From a bacterium (GTDB lineage Bacteria > Zhuqueibacterota > Zhuqueibacteria > Residuimicrobiales > Krinioviventaceae), in contig OY843751.1 in assembly GCA_963693055.1 (NCBI GenBank), positions 992,001-1,056,000 on the forward strand: 64,000 bases of DNA, given 5' to 3'. The position numbers were made by a program, and so were the translations under genes. Each line of letters opens with the position of its first letter. Positions within the stretch are counted from its first letter, which is position 1. Shown here one piece after another: positions 1 through 9,974 of the stretch. The notes under the pieces were generated by a model. The model was not told the origin of the DNA and made no database searches. It worked only from the letters and a program-made list of their open reading frames with translations.

Positions 1-1817
1 ACATTTGTTGAATCAACAGTGATTCCTGATATTCGTGCTTTGCCGGCATTTAACTGACCATTAACGGATAGATCAGAATTATTGATATAGACATCTGCAT
101 TTCCGGTTAATACTGAAACCGTGATACTGTCCAGTTTTATGTTTTGCAGATTTATTTTATTTTTAATATTTAACGAATCCGGCTGGCCTGTAATATTACC
201 TGTGATCTGACCTTGTGAACTGGAGTGCATGCCAGTTAATGCATAAAGATCCTGAGGGTACAAGGAATACTTGAAACCCATGTTCCGGTTGTGATCCAGT
301 GCGCCTGCCAGATTAAATTGACCCAATGGGGATGTTGCTGTCAAAGAATCAATTTGAACGGATTGATCTCTTTGTTCTCCATTTAACGTGATTGAATGAA
401 ATGGTATATCTCTGATGGTAATAGAATCGGACTGGATTGAAAATTGGTTTGTAAAGCTGTTCTGACTCCATGAGCCGGCATTGGTAAGTGATAGTGATAT
501 GTCTGAAGATATCTCGGGTAAGAAACGGTCCAGCTGCAGGTTCTCCACCAGTCCTTTGAGTGTGTAGCGGATTGTATCTCCCAGTGTTGTTTCATTGCTT
601 AGATGCAAATCCGCAATGTTGGATGTTCCCTGAACATTTAAAATAATGTCTTTTTGTTTTTTACTGCCCTCTATTAAAAGGTTTTTAATTTGATATGTAT
701 TAAAATCCGAGTTGTTAAATTGCGCCAAAAGTTCTAGTTCAGAATTATTGATGGAAATATCTTTGCCTTGTACCTGAATGTTTCCATTAATGTTTGTTTT
801 GGGCAAGTTCAAAGAATCAGTCCAGCGAGTCAGGTTGATCCGTTTCAATTTTGTTTCTAGTGTGTATGAAAAGGGAGATGTGTATGGAGATACCTGGCCA
901 GAGAGTGCGAACGATTGTGAATTACGAGAGAAATCAGAACGGATTTGCATCTCGTTATCCTGGGTTTCGATATAAATATTGGCAAGCAAATTACCATTAG
1001 GTGAAAGCACGGGGAGCCATTGTGCAGCTTTGTTGAGAGATAATGTCAGGTTTGGCATGGACAGGTTTAAAAGCTGGTTATTTTCCAGATCATATAAAAG
1101 ATCTGCATTTACTATTGAAGAGTCGGTTTTGGCATGCAAATCGTTTATGTGCATGAGAGAATCCATCATTGCAATAGTGCAGGAAAATTGATTCAGTGAT
1201 GTCTTGTATGCTGGAATGTTAAATGTAAGAGCATTGATTGTAACATCAATGTTTTTTTTCGATACAACAAGTCCTGCTAAAAGTTGGAAATTATTAACTG
1301 CAACAGTGTCTTGGGGCAGCAACTGAATTATTTGAAAACATCCACGGGCAATTTTAATATCTGGCGCTGTAATTTGAAAGGGTAACGAGTTATTGCCGGA
1401 TTCAGGTGTCTGGGTCGTATCCGATTTTGCGAGTTTTTGCCAATTGAGTTTGTTATTTTCTTTTTCCAGATTTATAAACAACGAATCTAAATGGATAGTC
1501 TCTATCTGCAACCGGTTTTTTGCCAATTCGAATAAATTATAGCTGATTTGTAATTGGTCCGTATATAACAATGTATCAGTATGTGTTGAAATTCGGATTC
1601 CATCAAGTGAAAGTTCTTTAAATAAATTTCCTTTTATTGCATCCACTTGAACTAGGGCATTCAAATTTTTATTTAAACGGTTAAGCACCAGGGTCTTTAG
1701 TTTATCTTTAAACCACACCGTCTGACTTGATGCAATAACAATGATCAAGAGTATAAAGATTATTCCGAGCGTAATGAGCAAGGAGAGCAGGATTTTTTTT
1801 ATGATCTTAGAACGCAT
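1..1817 (-). CDS. tamB: TamB/AsmA-like translocation and assembly module protein (partial, runs off window start)
   Basis: Not in ORF track. N-terminus translated by hand from ATG at 1817: MRSKIIKKILLSLLITLGIIFILLIIVIASSQTVWFKDKLKTLVLNRLNKNLNALVQVDAIKGNLFKELSLDGIRI. Single N-terminal TM anchor then beta-rich sequence; overlaps stop of the upstream Omp85 gene. Full frame continuity not checked codon by codon. Confidence 0.7.
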   Translation of the reverse strand, partial: MRSKIIKKILLSLLITLGIIFILLIIVIASSQTVWFKDKLKTLVLNRLNKNLNALVQVDAIKGNLFKELSLDGIRISTHTDTLLYTDQLQISYNLFELAKNRLQIETIHLDSLFINLEKENNKLNWQKLAKSDTTQTPESGNNSLPFQITAPDIKIARGCFQIIQLLPQDTVAVNNFQLLAGLVVSKKNIDVTINALTFNIPAYKTSLNQFSCTIAMMDSLMHINDLHAKTDSSIVNADLLYDLENNQLLNLSMPNLTLSLNKAAQWLPVLSPNGNLLANIYIETQDNEMQIRSDFSRNSQSFALSGQVSPYTSPFSYTLETKLKRINLTRWTDSLNLPKTNINGNIQVQGKDISINNSELELLAQFNNSDFNTYQIKNLLIEGSKKQKDIILNVQGTSNIADLHLSNETTLGDTIRYTLKGLVENLQLDRFLPEISSDISLSLTNAGSWSQNSFTNQFSIQSDSITIRDIPFHSITLNGEQRDQSVQIDSLTATSPLGQFNLAGALDHNRNMGFKYSLYPQDLYALTGMHSSSQGQITGNITGQPDSLNIKNKINLQNIKLDSITVSVLTGNADVYINNSDLSVNGQLNAGKARISGITVDSTN

Positions 1818-3615
1818 GACCAACACTCAGGTGATATTCAAATGTTGTTTTGTCATCAAATATTGGAGAAGCCATATCAACTCGGATAGGTCCAATAGGA
1901 GTATGGAGACGAATTCCAACACCGGGAGAGTAATGCAGATCATTCATGTCAAAATAGAGACTTGAAGTCCATACGTTACCAAAATCCATAAAAATGACCC
2001 CTGAAAGTCTGCTCCAGACCGGGAAACGCAGTTCAATGCTGTTTTCGATATAACTGTTTCCACCCAAAGGTTTTCCCTGAGAGCTTTTGGGCCCCAGTTC
2101 TGATCTGGCCCACCCGCGGACCGAACTGCTGCCTCCAATAAAGAAACGTTCTTCAATAGGGGCAATGCTGTTTTGCCAGGTTTCAATGACTCCCCATTTT
2201 GTTTTAAGGGCCAGTACAGTAGACTCGTTAATTTTCCTAAAAAAATGTGCTTCAGCGAGAAAACGGTGATAATGAAAAGAGCTGTTAAAACCCAGGCCTG
2301 AAATTGTATATGTTGCTGATAAATAAGATCCCGAATTGGGGGTAAACATGGGAACGGATGTATCACGTGTTATACCCAGGGTTATGCCACTTTTATTATA
2401 CAAAGAGATATCCCGGTTTGCCAGTAACTCTTCTTTGGTCAAAGAGTTTGTATAAAGTTTTGCCTGTTCAAGTGAATAATTCATAAATATATCAATATCT
2501 GAAGATACATTCTTGTGTACACTACTGCTAATACCTGTACGTCTGATTCGGTATGCGGGTTCCCTTTCTTTTCTGAGGAACGGCTCAATTGTCAATGAGG
2601 TCCTCTTCCATACAAATGCCGGGTGCACCCATTTGAGGTTAAGATTATATGGTTCAAGATAAGAGTGCTTTGCATTTAATGTAATTCGCCTTACACTGCC
2701 CAGAAACCCAATTTTTCTGACTTCAGCAAATAGACGGACCTGGTCTTCCTTACCATAACCAATACCTGTTTTAGTACGGAATCGTGCGGATTCTTTAACA
2801 TTGATGGAAACCGGGATTTGATTATTTGTAGTAGAATCCAGCAAGGCATTTACAGATACGTATTGAAATACACCAAGTTCATATACCTGTTGCTGAGATT
2901 GCCCAAGCTCGTTTTGTGAAAAATTATCACCACTGCTAAATGAAATCTGTTTTTTTATATAATATGATGGAATTTGTTCGTTTTGAACAGAAATTTCACC
3001 AAAAAAACTTTTTTGGCCTGTGTTAATGCTGAAAACAACTTGAACAAAATTATCTTGTACCGATAATTTAGGATCAACCAAAACATATGGAAATCCATTA
3101 TTGACATAATATGAATTAATTAGTAACAGGTCTTTTTTGTATTGATTGTCTGTAAATCGTTCCCCTTTGATAAGCCTTAATTGTTTTTGTATGTCCTGAG
3201 GAAGAGACGTGCTGGAATCTTTACCAGAATTCGGATTAATATTAAAAATAACATTTGAAATGATAATGGGTTGGTTCTCATGGACTTTAATGTCTATAGC
3301 AACACTATTATCTATTTTTGTTACAGCATCAACATCAACATTCAGGAACCCCTCTTTTTTGTAAAAATCCTTAATACTGGCAATGTCATTTTGTAATAAC
3401 GTTTCATCAAAAGGGAGCAGGTCTCTCCAAAAAAACAGTCTTTTCAGCGTTCCCCGTTCTTTTAACTGCATCTGATTTTTGATCTGCCCGGAAGAAAAAG
3501 TCTCATTCCCCGTTATATTGATTTTTTTGACCGGATATTGAGCAAAGATTGCAACAGGATACAGAACAGCCAGCAGAATCGCGATCCTGAAAAATTTGGA
3601 AAATACGGATTTCAT
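1807..3615 (-). CDS. Omp85 family (BamA/TamA-like) outer membrane protein with POTRA domains
   Basis: Likely start ATG 3615 (MKSVFSKFFRIAILLAVLYPVAIFA signal peptide); POTRA motifs (ITGNETFS, YKKEGFL, YVNNGFP, ELGVFQ); barrel motif FFIGGSSSVRGW; C-terminal TPIGPIRVD...SVGHAF. Confidence 0.9.
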   Translation of the reverse strand: MKSVFSKFFRIAILLAVLYPVAIFAQYPVKKINITGNETFSSGQIKNQMQLKERGTLKRLFFWRDLLPFDETLLQNDIASIKDFYKKEGFLNVDVDAVTKIDNSVAIDIKVHENQPIIISNVIFNINPNSGKDSSTSLPQDIQKQLRLIKGERFTDNQYKKDLLLINSYYVNNGFPYVLVDPKLSVQDNFVQVVFSINTGQKSFFGEISVQNEQIPSYYIKKQISFSSGDNFSQNELGQSQQQVYELGVFQYVSVNALLDSTTNNQIPVSINVKESARFRTKTGIGYGKEDQVRLFAEVRKIGFLGSVRRITLNAKHSYLEPYNLNLKWVHPAFVWKRTSLTIEPFLRKEREPAYRIRRTGISSSVHKNVSSDIDIFMNYSLEQAKLYTNSLTKEELLANRDISLYNKSGITLGITRDTSVPMFTPNSGSYLSATYTISGLGFNSSFHYHRFLAEAHFFRKINESTVLALKTKWGVIETWQNSIAPIEERFFIGGSSSVRGWARSELGPKSSQGKPLGGNSYIENSIELRFPVWSRLSGVIFMDFGNVWTSSLYFDMNDLHYSPGVGIRLHTPIGPIRVDMASPIFDDKTTFEYHLSVGHAF

Positions 3616-3626
3616 CAAATTACAGG

Positions 3627-4511
3627 TTATTGCCCTGTTGTTTCGGTAAAGGGAACCGGCAGGGGAGAGCGAACATGCAAATCTCTTTGCGGAAAGGGGA
3701 TTTCTATCTGATTTTCTCTGAATTTTCGTACAATGTCGCAATTGATATCCGATCTTACATAATAATGTCGTTTGGGATCCTTGATCCATACACGCAGCAT
3801 CAGGTTCCACGAAGAATCTCCAAACTCCATAAACAACACTTCGGGGGCAGGAAATTTCAATACTTCATCATTTTCTTCTGCAACATTTTTTAGTACAGAT
3901 AGAACCAGATCAAGATCCGAATTATAAGATACACCAATATTCAGGTCAAGCCGGACTTTGGGATCACCATGTGACCAGTTGACAACATTTGACGAGATAA
4001 ATTCAGTGTTGGGAACAATATAAGAAATATTATTGAGTGAGCGTATCGTTGTAGAACGGATATTAATTTCTGTAACATCACCCTCAGTATCGCCAACAGT
4101 AATACGGTCACCCACTTTGATTGGCTGTTCAAATAGTAATATAAGCCCTGATATAAAATTGGAGGTGACATTTTGTAAACCAAAACCAATACCTACGGAT
4201 AATAAACCGAATATAACTGCCAGTCCGCTAAGATTGATGCCAATACTGTTAAATGCAAAGATAGCGCCAATAATAACCAGTATATATTCAAAGATACGCA
4301 TCATTACATAACGTTTACCTTCCTGAATGTGAAATCGGGACAGGACCTTGTCTGAAAACCAGCGCGTTGTTGTTTTGGAAAGATATAAAAATGCCCCAAA
4401 TATGAGAATGAATTTAATCAGAGAGCTTAGGGAAATTTTTGTATCTCCCAATGAGAATAGCACAAAGTTTAATACATCATTGAATTTTTGAAAAATATCG
4501 CCTAAGCCCAT
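3627..4511 (-). CDS. mscS: Small-conductance mechanosensitive channel
   Basis: GIGFGLQNVTSNFISGLILLFEQPIKVGDRI and IEIPFPQRDLH motifs. Confidence 0.93.
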   Translation of the reverse strand: MGLGDIFQKFNDVLNFVLFSLGDTKISLSSLIKFILIFGAFLYLSKTTTRWFSDKVLSRFHIQEGKRYVMMRIFEYILVIIGAIFAFNSIGINLSGLAVIFGLLSVGIGFGLQNVTSNFISGLILLFEQPIKVGDRITVGDTEGDVTEINIRSTTIRSLNNISYIVPNTEFISSNVVNWSHGDPKVRLDLNIGVSYNSDLDLVLSVLKNVAEENDEVLKFPAPEVLFMEFGDSSWNLMLRVWIKDPKRHYYVRSDINCDIVRKFRENQIEIPFPQRDLHVRSPLPVPFTETTGQ

Positions 4512-4570
4512 AAACCAACTCCTCTAAAAGTGAACATCAAATACGGATTTACCATATTTTGAAAAATAGC

Positions 4571-4599
4571 TTGACTTTTCCAAATGAATTTGATATTAT
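4571..4599 (+). promoter_or_regulatory. sigma70-type promoter of tRNA-Gly
   Basis: TTGACT (4571-4576), 17 bp spacer, TATTAT (4594-4599) preceded by TGn, 10 bp before the tRNA. Confidence 0.75.
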
Positions 4600-4609
4600 T
4601 GGTCTCGCT

Positions 4610-4681
4610 GCGGGAGTAATTCAGCGGTAGAATGCAAGCTTCCCAAGCTTGACGTTGCGGGTTCGACTCCCGTCTCCCGCT
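4610..4681 (+). tRNA. tRNA-Gly (anticodon CCC)
   Basis: GCGGGAG/CTCCCGC acceptor stem, anticodon arm CAAGC-TTCCCAA-GCTTG, T-loop GGTTCGACTCC; CCA not encoded. Confidence 0.97.
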
Positions 4682-4689
4682 CAAATGAG

Positions 4690-4727
4690 AAAACGCCTTT
4701 TGCTAAAATTGCAAAAGGCGTTTTTTT
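4690..4727. terminator. Bidirectional intrinsic terminator (tRNA-Gly / ackA)
   Basis: AAAACGCCTTTTGC-loop-GCAAAAGGCGTTTTTTT between convergent genes. Confidence 0.85.
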
Positions 4728-4732
4728 ATAAA

Positions 4733-5926
4733 TTATGCAGCTTGCAAAATCTTTTTTGTATCTCTGGCAATAGCCAATTCTTCATTGGTAGGTACAACCA
4801 GAACACGGGTTGTACCTGTTCCTAAATCAAATTCATTGGTTTCATTTTTATCGGGATCAAAACTGATTCCAAAGTGTTCCATGTTTGACAGAATAATATT
4901 CCGGCAATAGGGTGACCGCTCTCCAATTCCCGCAGTAAAGACTAGTGCATCCAAACCACCGAGAATTGCATAATATGCACCAATATATTTTTTAATTCTG
5001 TGACAAAAGATTTCTAATGCGAGTATATATTTTTCTATTCCAGCCATTGCTTCATCTTCAATATCGCGGAAATCGCTCATACCTTCTGTAAGTCCCAGCA
5101 TACCACTCTTTTTATTCAACAGGTTATCTACCTGCTCAACGGACATGTTTTTCAAAGTAGCGATATACAATACAAGCGCGGGATCAATATCGCCGCAGCG
5201 GGTACCCATAACCAATCCTTCAAGTGGTGTAAAACCCATGCTGGTTTCAATAGATTGGCCACCATCAATTGCTGTTACACTGGCTCCATTTCCAAGATGG
5301 CATGAAATAATTTTTAATTCTTCAATGGGTTTACCCAGATAGTCGGCAGTTTGGTTTGCTACAAAATTATGAGAGGTGCCATGAAAACCATATCGTCTGA
5401 TTTTGTCATATTTGTAATAGTCCAGGGGAAGTGCATACATGTGAGCTTTGGGTGGTATTGTGTTGTGGAATGCTGTATCAAAAACACCTACCTGAGGCAC
5501 GCCTGACAACTGTTCCTCGCAAACTTCAATTCCTTTAAGATTGTGGGGATTATGCAATGGAGCAAACTGAATACAACGTCTAACACCTTCTTTAACATTA
5601 TTATCAATGCGAACGGATGTGACAAATTCCTCACCACCATGTACTATACGGTGTCCAATTCCTGAAATTTCGGATTGATCTTTAATTACTCCGTTTTCCG
5701 GATCCATTAATGTTTTAATTACCAATCCTATAGCCACACTGTGATCAGCAATTTCACGTGTATCTGTAATGTTTTTTTTACCTTCAACAGCGGGTTTATA
5801 TTTCAGAATGGCGTCTTTGGCACCTATACGCTCAACCTGACCTTTTGCGACAACACTTTCATCACTCATATCAATCAATTGATATTTTATGGAAGAGCTG
5901 CCGCAGTTTAGAACTAAAATGTTCAT
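4733..5926 (-). CDS. ackA: Acetate kinase
   Basis: ILVLNCGSSSIKYQL, GHRIVHGG, APLHNP, RRYGFHGTSH, TPLEGLVMGTRCGD, PTNEEL. Confidence 0.97.
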   Translation of the reverse strand: MNILVLNCGSSSIKYQLIDMSDESVVAKGQVERIGAKDAILKYKPAVEGKKNITDTREIADHSVAIGLVIKTLMDPENGVIKDQSEISGIGHRIVHGGEEFVTSVRIDNNVKEGVRRCIQFAPLHNPHNLKGIEVCEEQLSGVPQVGVFDTAFHNTIPPKAHMYALPLDYYKYDKIRRYGFHGTSHNFVANQTADYLGKPIEELKIISCHLGNGASVTAIDGGQSIETSMGFTPLEGLVMGTRCGDIDPALVLYIATLKNMSVEQVDNLLNKKSGMLGLTEGMSDFRDIEDEAMAGIEKYILALEIFCHRIKKYIGAYYAILGGLDALVFTAGIGERSPYCRNIILSNMEHFGISFDPDKNETNEFDLGTGTTRVLVVPTNEELAIARDTKKILQAA

Positions 5927-6136
5927 CAATTACTCCAAATCTTTTATCGCTATATTAATATAATAATAATTAAATAATTAAATGAAATTTAGCAAAAATT
6001 TGTAAAATATCAAGTAAAGTTTTTTCACTGTTTTTATTAAGCATGAGAGGAATTTAAAAAACAATTTGTAATCTATTATCATTATTCTTAAATTCGATTG
6101 AATTTTATAAACATTCACTAACTGGTTGTTTTTCTT

Positions 6137-6775
6137 ATGAAAGTTCTGATTGCTGAAGATGATGATGTTTCAAGACGTATTTTGGAATACTGGCTTAAAA
6201 AATGGGGTTATGAAGTATTAATTGCCCACAATGGAAAACAGGCATGGGATGTTTTGAATCAGGATGATGCTCCGAGATTGGCAATATTAGACTGGGTTAT
6301 GCCTGAAATGGATGGGTTGGAAGTATGTAAAAAGGTCCGAGAAAAGTGGGATGAAGGTTATATTTATATTATTATCCTAACTTCCAAAGAGAGCAAACAG
6401 GACATCATTCAGGCTTTGAATTCGGGTGCCGATGATTTTATACAAAAACCCTATTATCAGGGTGAACTTCAAAGTCGAATAAACGCAGGGCGTAGAATTA
6501 TAGAATTGCAGCTTGCATTGTCTGCAAAAATTCAAAGCCTTGAAGAAGCATTAAATCATGTCCGGCAATTACAGGGATTGTTGCCTATATGTTCGTACTG
6601 TAAAAAAGTGCGAGATGATAATAATTACTGGCACCAGGTGGAAGAATATATAACCCATCATTCAGATGCTAAATTTAGTCATGGAATTTGTCCTGATTGT
6701 TATGAACAATATGTAAAACAGGATTTAAAAGAGTTACGAGAAGAAAAATCCAGGCAAAATTCAGCCAAAGAATAA
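6137..6775 (+). CDS. Response regulator (REC) with C-terminal Cys/His-rich domain
   Basis: IAEDD, LDWVMPEMDG, KP receiver motifs; coiled coil; LLPICSYCKKVRDD...SHGICPDC. Confidence 0.88.
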   Translation: MKVLIAEDDDVSRRILEYWLKKWGYEVLIAHNGKQAWDVLNQDDAPRLAILDWVMPEMDGLEVCKKVREKWDEGYIYIIILTSKESKQDIIQALNSGADDFIQKPYYQGELQSRINAGRRIIELQLALSAKIQSLEEALNHVRQLQGLLPICSYCKKVRDDNNYWHQVEEYITHHSDAKFSHGICPDCYEQYVKQDLKELREEKSRQNSAKE

Positions 6776-6823
6776 CACCCCTCTTTTCGCTTTCCAATTG
6801 ATTTGATTAAAAAGGAGTATTTG

Positions 6824-8419
6824 GTGAAATTATTATATAATTTTATATTGACTATATTGATTACCTTGCCGGTATTTGCTAAAGTTGCAGAAAAACCGGA
6901 TTGGGTAGCAGGCAGGCCTGATGGTTGTACTACTATTACAGTTGGGCGTAAAGCATCTGATGGGGGTTGGGTTTCAACTTCACATACTTGCGATAGTCAT
7001 CGTACCCGTTCTTGGGTGGATATTACACCTGCCAAATCTCATGTTCCTGGGACCAAAGTTGATATGCTAAAGCGTGAAAATGATGATTCCAGGGCAATGC
7101 CCACTTATAAAAAAATCAAAGTAGGATCCATACCCCAGGTAGATTCCACATATTCTTTTATTAATACTGCATATCCATGTATGAATGAATATCAATTGGC
7201 AATTGGTGAGTCAACTTTTGGTGGCCGTGAGACATTGCAGTCCGATAAGGGATTAATCGATTGTCAGCAATTGGTGCAATTGATGCTTGAACGCTGTAAA
7301 ACCGCCAGACAGGCAATTAATATGGCAGGCAACTTGCTTGCTTTGTATGGATGGAATGATGCTGGTGAGTGTCTTACTATTGCAGATACCAAAGAGGTTT
7401 GGCACCTTGAAATTGTTGGCCCTGGAAAAGGCAATAAAGGTGCAGTTTGGGTAGCACAGCGTGTACCGGATGACCATATATCTGTTAACGCCAATGCAAG
7501 CCGTATCCGCAAGGTTAATGTTAATGATACCAATTATTTTTTAGCGTCTTCAAACCTTACTAAAGTTGCTCAAGATAGCGGATGGTGGAGCCCCAGTCAG
7601 GGCGAGTTTGAGTTTTGTTACGCCTATGATCCTGATGGCAGACGTTCAATTGCTGCCAGACGTCGTGAATGGCGGGTATTGACCATGGCTGCTCCTTCTT
7701 TGGATGTTGACCCTAATGATAAAGATTTCCCCTTTTCTGTCAAGCCCGATTCACTCATGACTTTACCAAAATTGGTAGAAATTTTTCGAGATTATTATGA
7801 AGGAACAGAATATAATTTTATAAAAAATATAACCCAGGCAGATTCCAACGGCAAACAGGTAATATCACCATTTGCCAATCCTTTTATGCCTTATGAAATG
7901 AATGAACTGTTCAACGTCAATGGTGGGTGGAATGAATTGGGCGAACGTACCATTGCACGTTGGTATACCATGTATGCAACTATAACCCAATCCCGGGATT
8001 GGATGCCAGATGAAATTGGCGGCGTTGTGTGGCTGGCATTTGATAATGTTGCCTCGTCAATCTATACTCCTATTTATTGTGGCAATAGTGATGTACCAAA
8101 ATCTTTTAAAACCCCCGGACGGCAGAATGGATATACTCGTGATTCCGCGTGGTGGGCTTTTAATCGCTTGGGAACACTTGCAGCACAACGTTGGGGCGAT
8201 ATGCGTAACAATGTTGCAAATGTATGGTACCCCATGCAGAAGGAGTTGTTTGATAAACAACAGCAACTGGAAATTGAAGCTTTATTGTTATTTGATCAAG
8301 ATCCGCAAAAAGCTATTGATATGCTGAACAAGTATAGCATGGAATGGGGAAACAAGGTGGTTGAACGTTGCTGGAAATTGGGTGACGAACTGTGGACAAA
8401 ATATGATGAAAAATTTTAA
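6824..8419 (+). CDS. C69 family dipeptidase (Ntn hydrolase), secreted
   Basis: Signal peptide; nucleophile motif GCTTITVG; MNEYQLAIGESTFGG, SAWWAFN; start GTG 6824 after AAGGAG (ORF track starts 6803). Confidence 0.88.
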   Translation: MKLLYNFILTILITLPVFAKVAEKPDWVAGRPDGCTTITVGRKASDGGWVSTSHTCDSHRTRSWVDITPAKSHVPGTKVDMLKRENDDSRAMPTYKKIKVGSIPQVDSTYSFINTAYPCMNEYQLAIGESTFGGRETLQSDKGLIDCQQLVQLMLERCKTARQAINMAGNLLALYGWNDAGECLTIADTKEVWHLEIVGPGKGNKGAVWVAQRVPDDHISVNANASRIRKVNVNDTNYFLASSNLTKVAQDSGWWSPSQGEFEFCYAYDPDGRRSIAARRREWRVLTMAAPSLDVDPNDKDFPFSVKPDSLMTLPKLVEIFRDYYEGTEYNFIKNITQADSNGKQVISPFANPFMPYEMNELFNVNGGWNELGERTIARWYTMYATITQSRDWMPDEIGGVVWLAFDNVASSIYTPIYCGNSDVPKSFKTPGRQNGYTRDSAWWAFNRLGTLAAQRWGDMRNNVANVWYPMQKELFDKQQQLEIEALLLFDQDPQKAIDMLNKYSMEWGNKVVERCWKLGDELWTKYDEKF

Positions 8420-8447
8420 GCCGGAATTTTATTCCGGCTTTTTTTTT
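8418..8447. terminator. Intrinsic terminator between convergent genes
   Basis: AAGCCGGAAT-TTT-ATTCCGGCTT followed by T-run. Confidence 0.8.
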
Positions 8448-9840
8448 ACATGTCCAGGTCAAAGCTTTGGCCAAATTGTGGTACGGTAACATTCCAGCCA
8501 AATTTATCTCTAATTTTTTGAGCCATAGATTCAGATGATTCAGGCTCGCCATGTACAATAAATGTTTGCAGCGGCGGACGATTAAAACCTGACAGCCATG
8601 CAAGTATTTCATTGTAATCCGCATGACCAGAGTACCCACTCATGCTTTCCACTTTGGCTTTTACAGGTATTTGTTGTCCATGAATTTTAACAGTCTCGTG
8701 GCCTTCCATCAAGGTCCTGCCGCGCGTTCCTTCAGCCTGGTACCCTACCAGTAACACGGTGTTTTTAGGATTCGGTAAACGTTCTTCCATGTGGTGTAAA
8801 ATTCGTCCACCTGTTAACATGCCGCTTGCAGATATGATAATAGCATTCTTTTTAACTGAATTGATTGCAATAGATTCTTCTCTTGATCTGCATATGTTTA
8901 AATATTGTGGATGCAATACATTCTTGCCTTCCATGATTTCTGTGCGTGTAACAAGATCAAATTCTGCGGGATGATGTTCAAAAACATCTGTAGTACGGAT
9001 TGCCATGGGCGAGTCTACATAGATCTGCAATGCAGGAATTTTACCTTCCTCTTCAAGCTGACGGATTACATAGAGTAATGTTTGTGTTCGTCCAACAGCA
9101 AAAGCGGGAATAACCAGCACACCACCACGTTCTATGCTTTCATTGATTATTCTGCTCAGCTCTTCAGTGGGATTCCCGGGTTCATGTAACCGTTGACCAT
9201 AAGTTGATTCTAATACAAGGTAATCTATATTGAAAACCTGTGTAGGATCCTGCAATATTGGGCGTTCAGGGCGGCCAATATCTCCACTAAACAATATCTT
9301 TTTGGCCTCACTGTTATGACGGGTTTTAAACTCTATAAAGGATGAACCTAAAATATGTCCGGCGTCTTTAAATTTAACGCGTGTATCCTCATCAATATAA
9401 AAATCTTCACCGTAATATTTGGGTTGTAACAAAGTCAATGTTTGTTCAGCATCTTCAGTGGTATAAAGAGGGAGAGCAGGCGAGTGCTTGGAATATCCTT
9501 TTTTATTGGCCCATTTTGCATCTTCTTCGTGTAAATGCGCGCTGTCTAGTAACATGATTTTGACCAGTTCTGATGTTGAATGAGTACTGTGTACCTGTCC
9601 TTTAAAACCTTCTTTTACCAGGCGTGGTAAAAATCCGGAATGGTCAATATGCGCGTGCGTCAGAAAAACCCTGTCAATTTCGTTTGCGGGAACTGGAAAG
9701 GGATCCCAGTTTTTTTCTCGAATTTCTTTGCGGCCCTGGAACATTCCGCAATCAATAAGAAATTTATAGTCATCAAGTTCCAGGAAATGTCGTGAGCCTG
9801 TTACTGTGCCTGTAGCTCCGTAAAAAGTAATTTTAGACAA
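8446..9840 (-). CDS. MBL-fold beta-CASP ribonuclease (Ysh1/TTHA0252-like)
   Basis: LTHAHIDHSG, AGHILGS, ESTYG, SGHAD, VHGE motifs. Confidence 0.92.
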   Translation of the reverse strand: MSKITFYGATGTVTGSRHFLELDDYKFLIDCGMFQGRKEIREKNWDPFPVPANEIDRVFLTHAHIDHSGFLPRLVKEGFKGQVHSTHSTSELVKIMLLDSAHLHEEDAKWANKKGYSKHSPALPLYTTEDAEQTLTLLQPKYYGEDFYIDEDTRVKFKDAGHILGSSFIEFKTRHNSEAKKILFSGDIGRPERPILQDPTQVFNIDYLVLESTYGQRLHEPGNPTEELSRIINESIERGGVLVIPAFAVGRTQTLLYVIRQLEEEGKIPALQIYVDSPMAIRTTDVFEHHPAEFDLVTRTEIMEGKNVLHPQYLNICRSREESIAINSVKKNAIIISASGMLTGGRILHHMEERLPNPKNTVLLVGYQAEGTRGRTLMEGHETVKIHGQQIPVKAKVESMSGYSGHADYNEILAWLSGFNRPPLQTFIVHGEPESSESMAQKIRDKFGWNVTVPQFGQSFDLDM

Positions 9841-9974
9841 AACATTCCTCCTGTTTTCGTTATTGCATATAATAAGGGTTTATATGCTTAAATACCATAA
9901 AAAATTTATTGTATATGTTGTTAAAATTGGTTATAAATAAGGCGGTGTTTGTAAACAGATTTTTAGAGGATGAT

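Noticed and set aside
383-1965. Short ORFs 383-595, 778-975, 979-1191, 1741-1965
   Set aside because: Shadow ORFs over the TamB-like reading frame, which the track missed because it runs off the window
3616-3810. N-terminal extension of the Omp85 ORF given in the ORF track
   Set aside because: Overlaps mscS; the signal peptide begins at ATG 3615
4502-4684. 60 aa ORF MSGRRESNPQRQAWEA
   Set aside because: Antisense translation of tRNA-Gly
4610-4730. tRNA as integration site of a genomic island
   Set aside because: No integrase and no duplicate of the tRNA 3' end noticed; terminator and ackA follow directly
8446-9840. MBL nuclease as an anti-phage defence gene
   Set aside because: Typical stand-alone housekeeping beta-CASP RNase with no defence-associated neighbours
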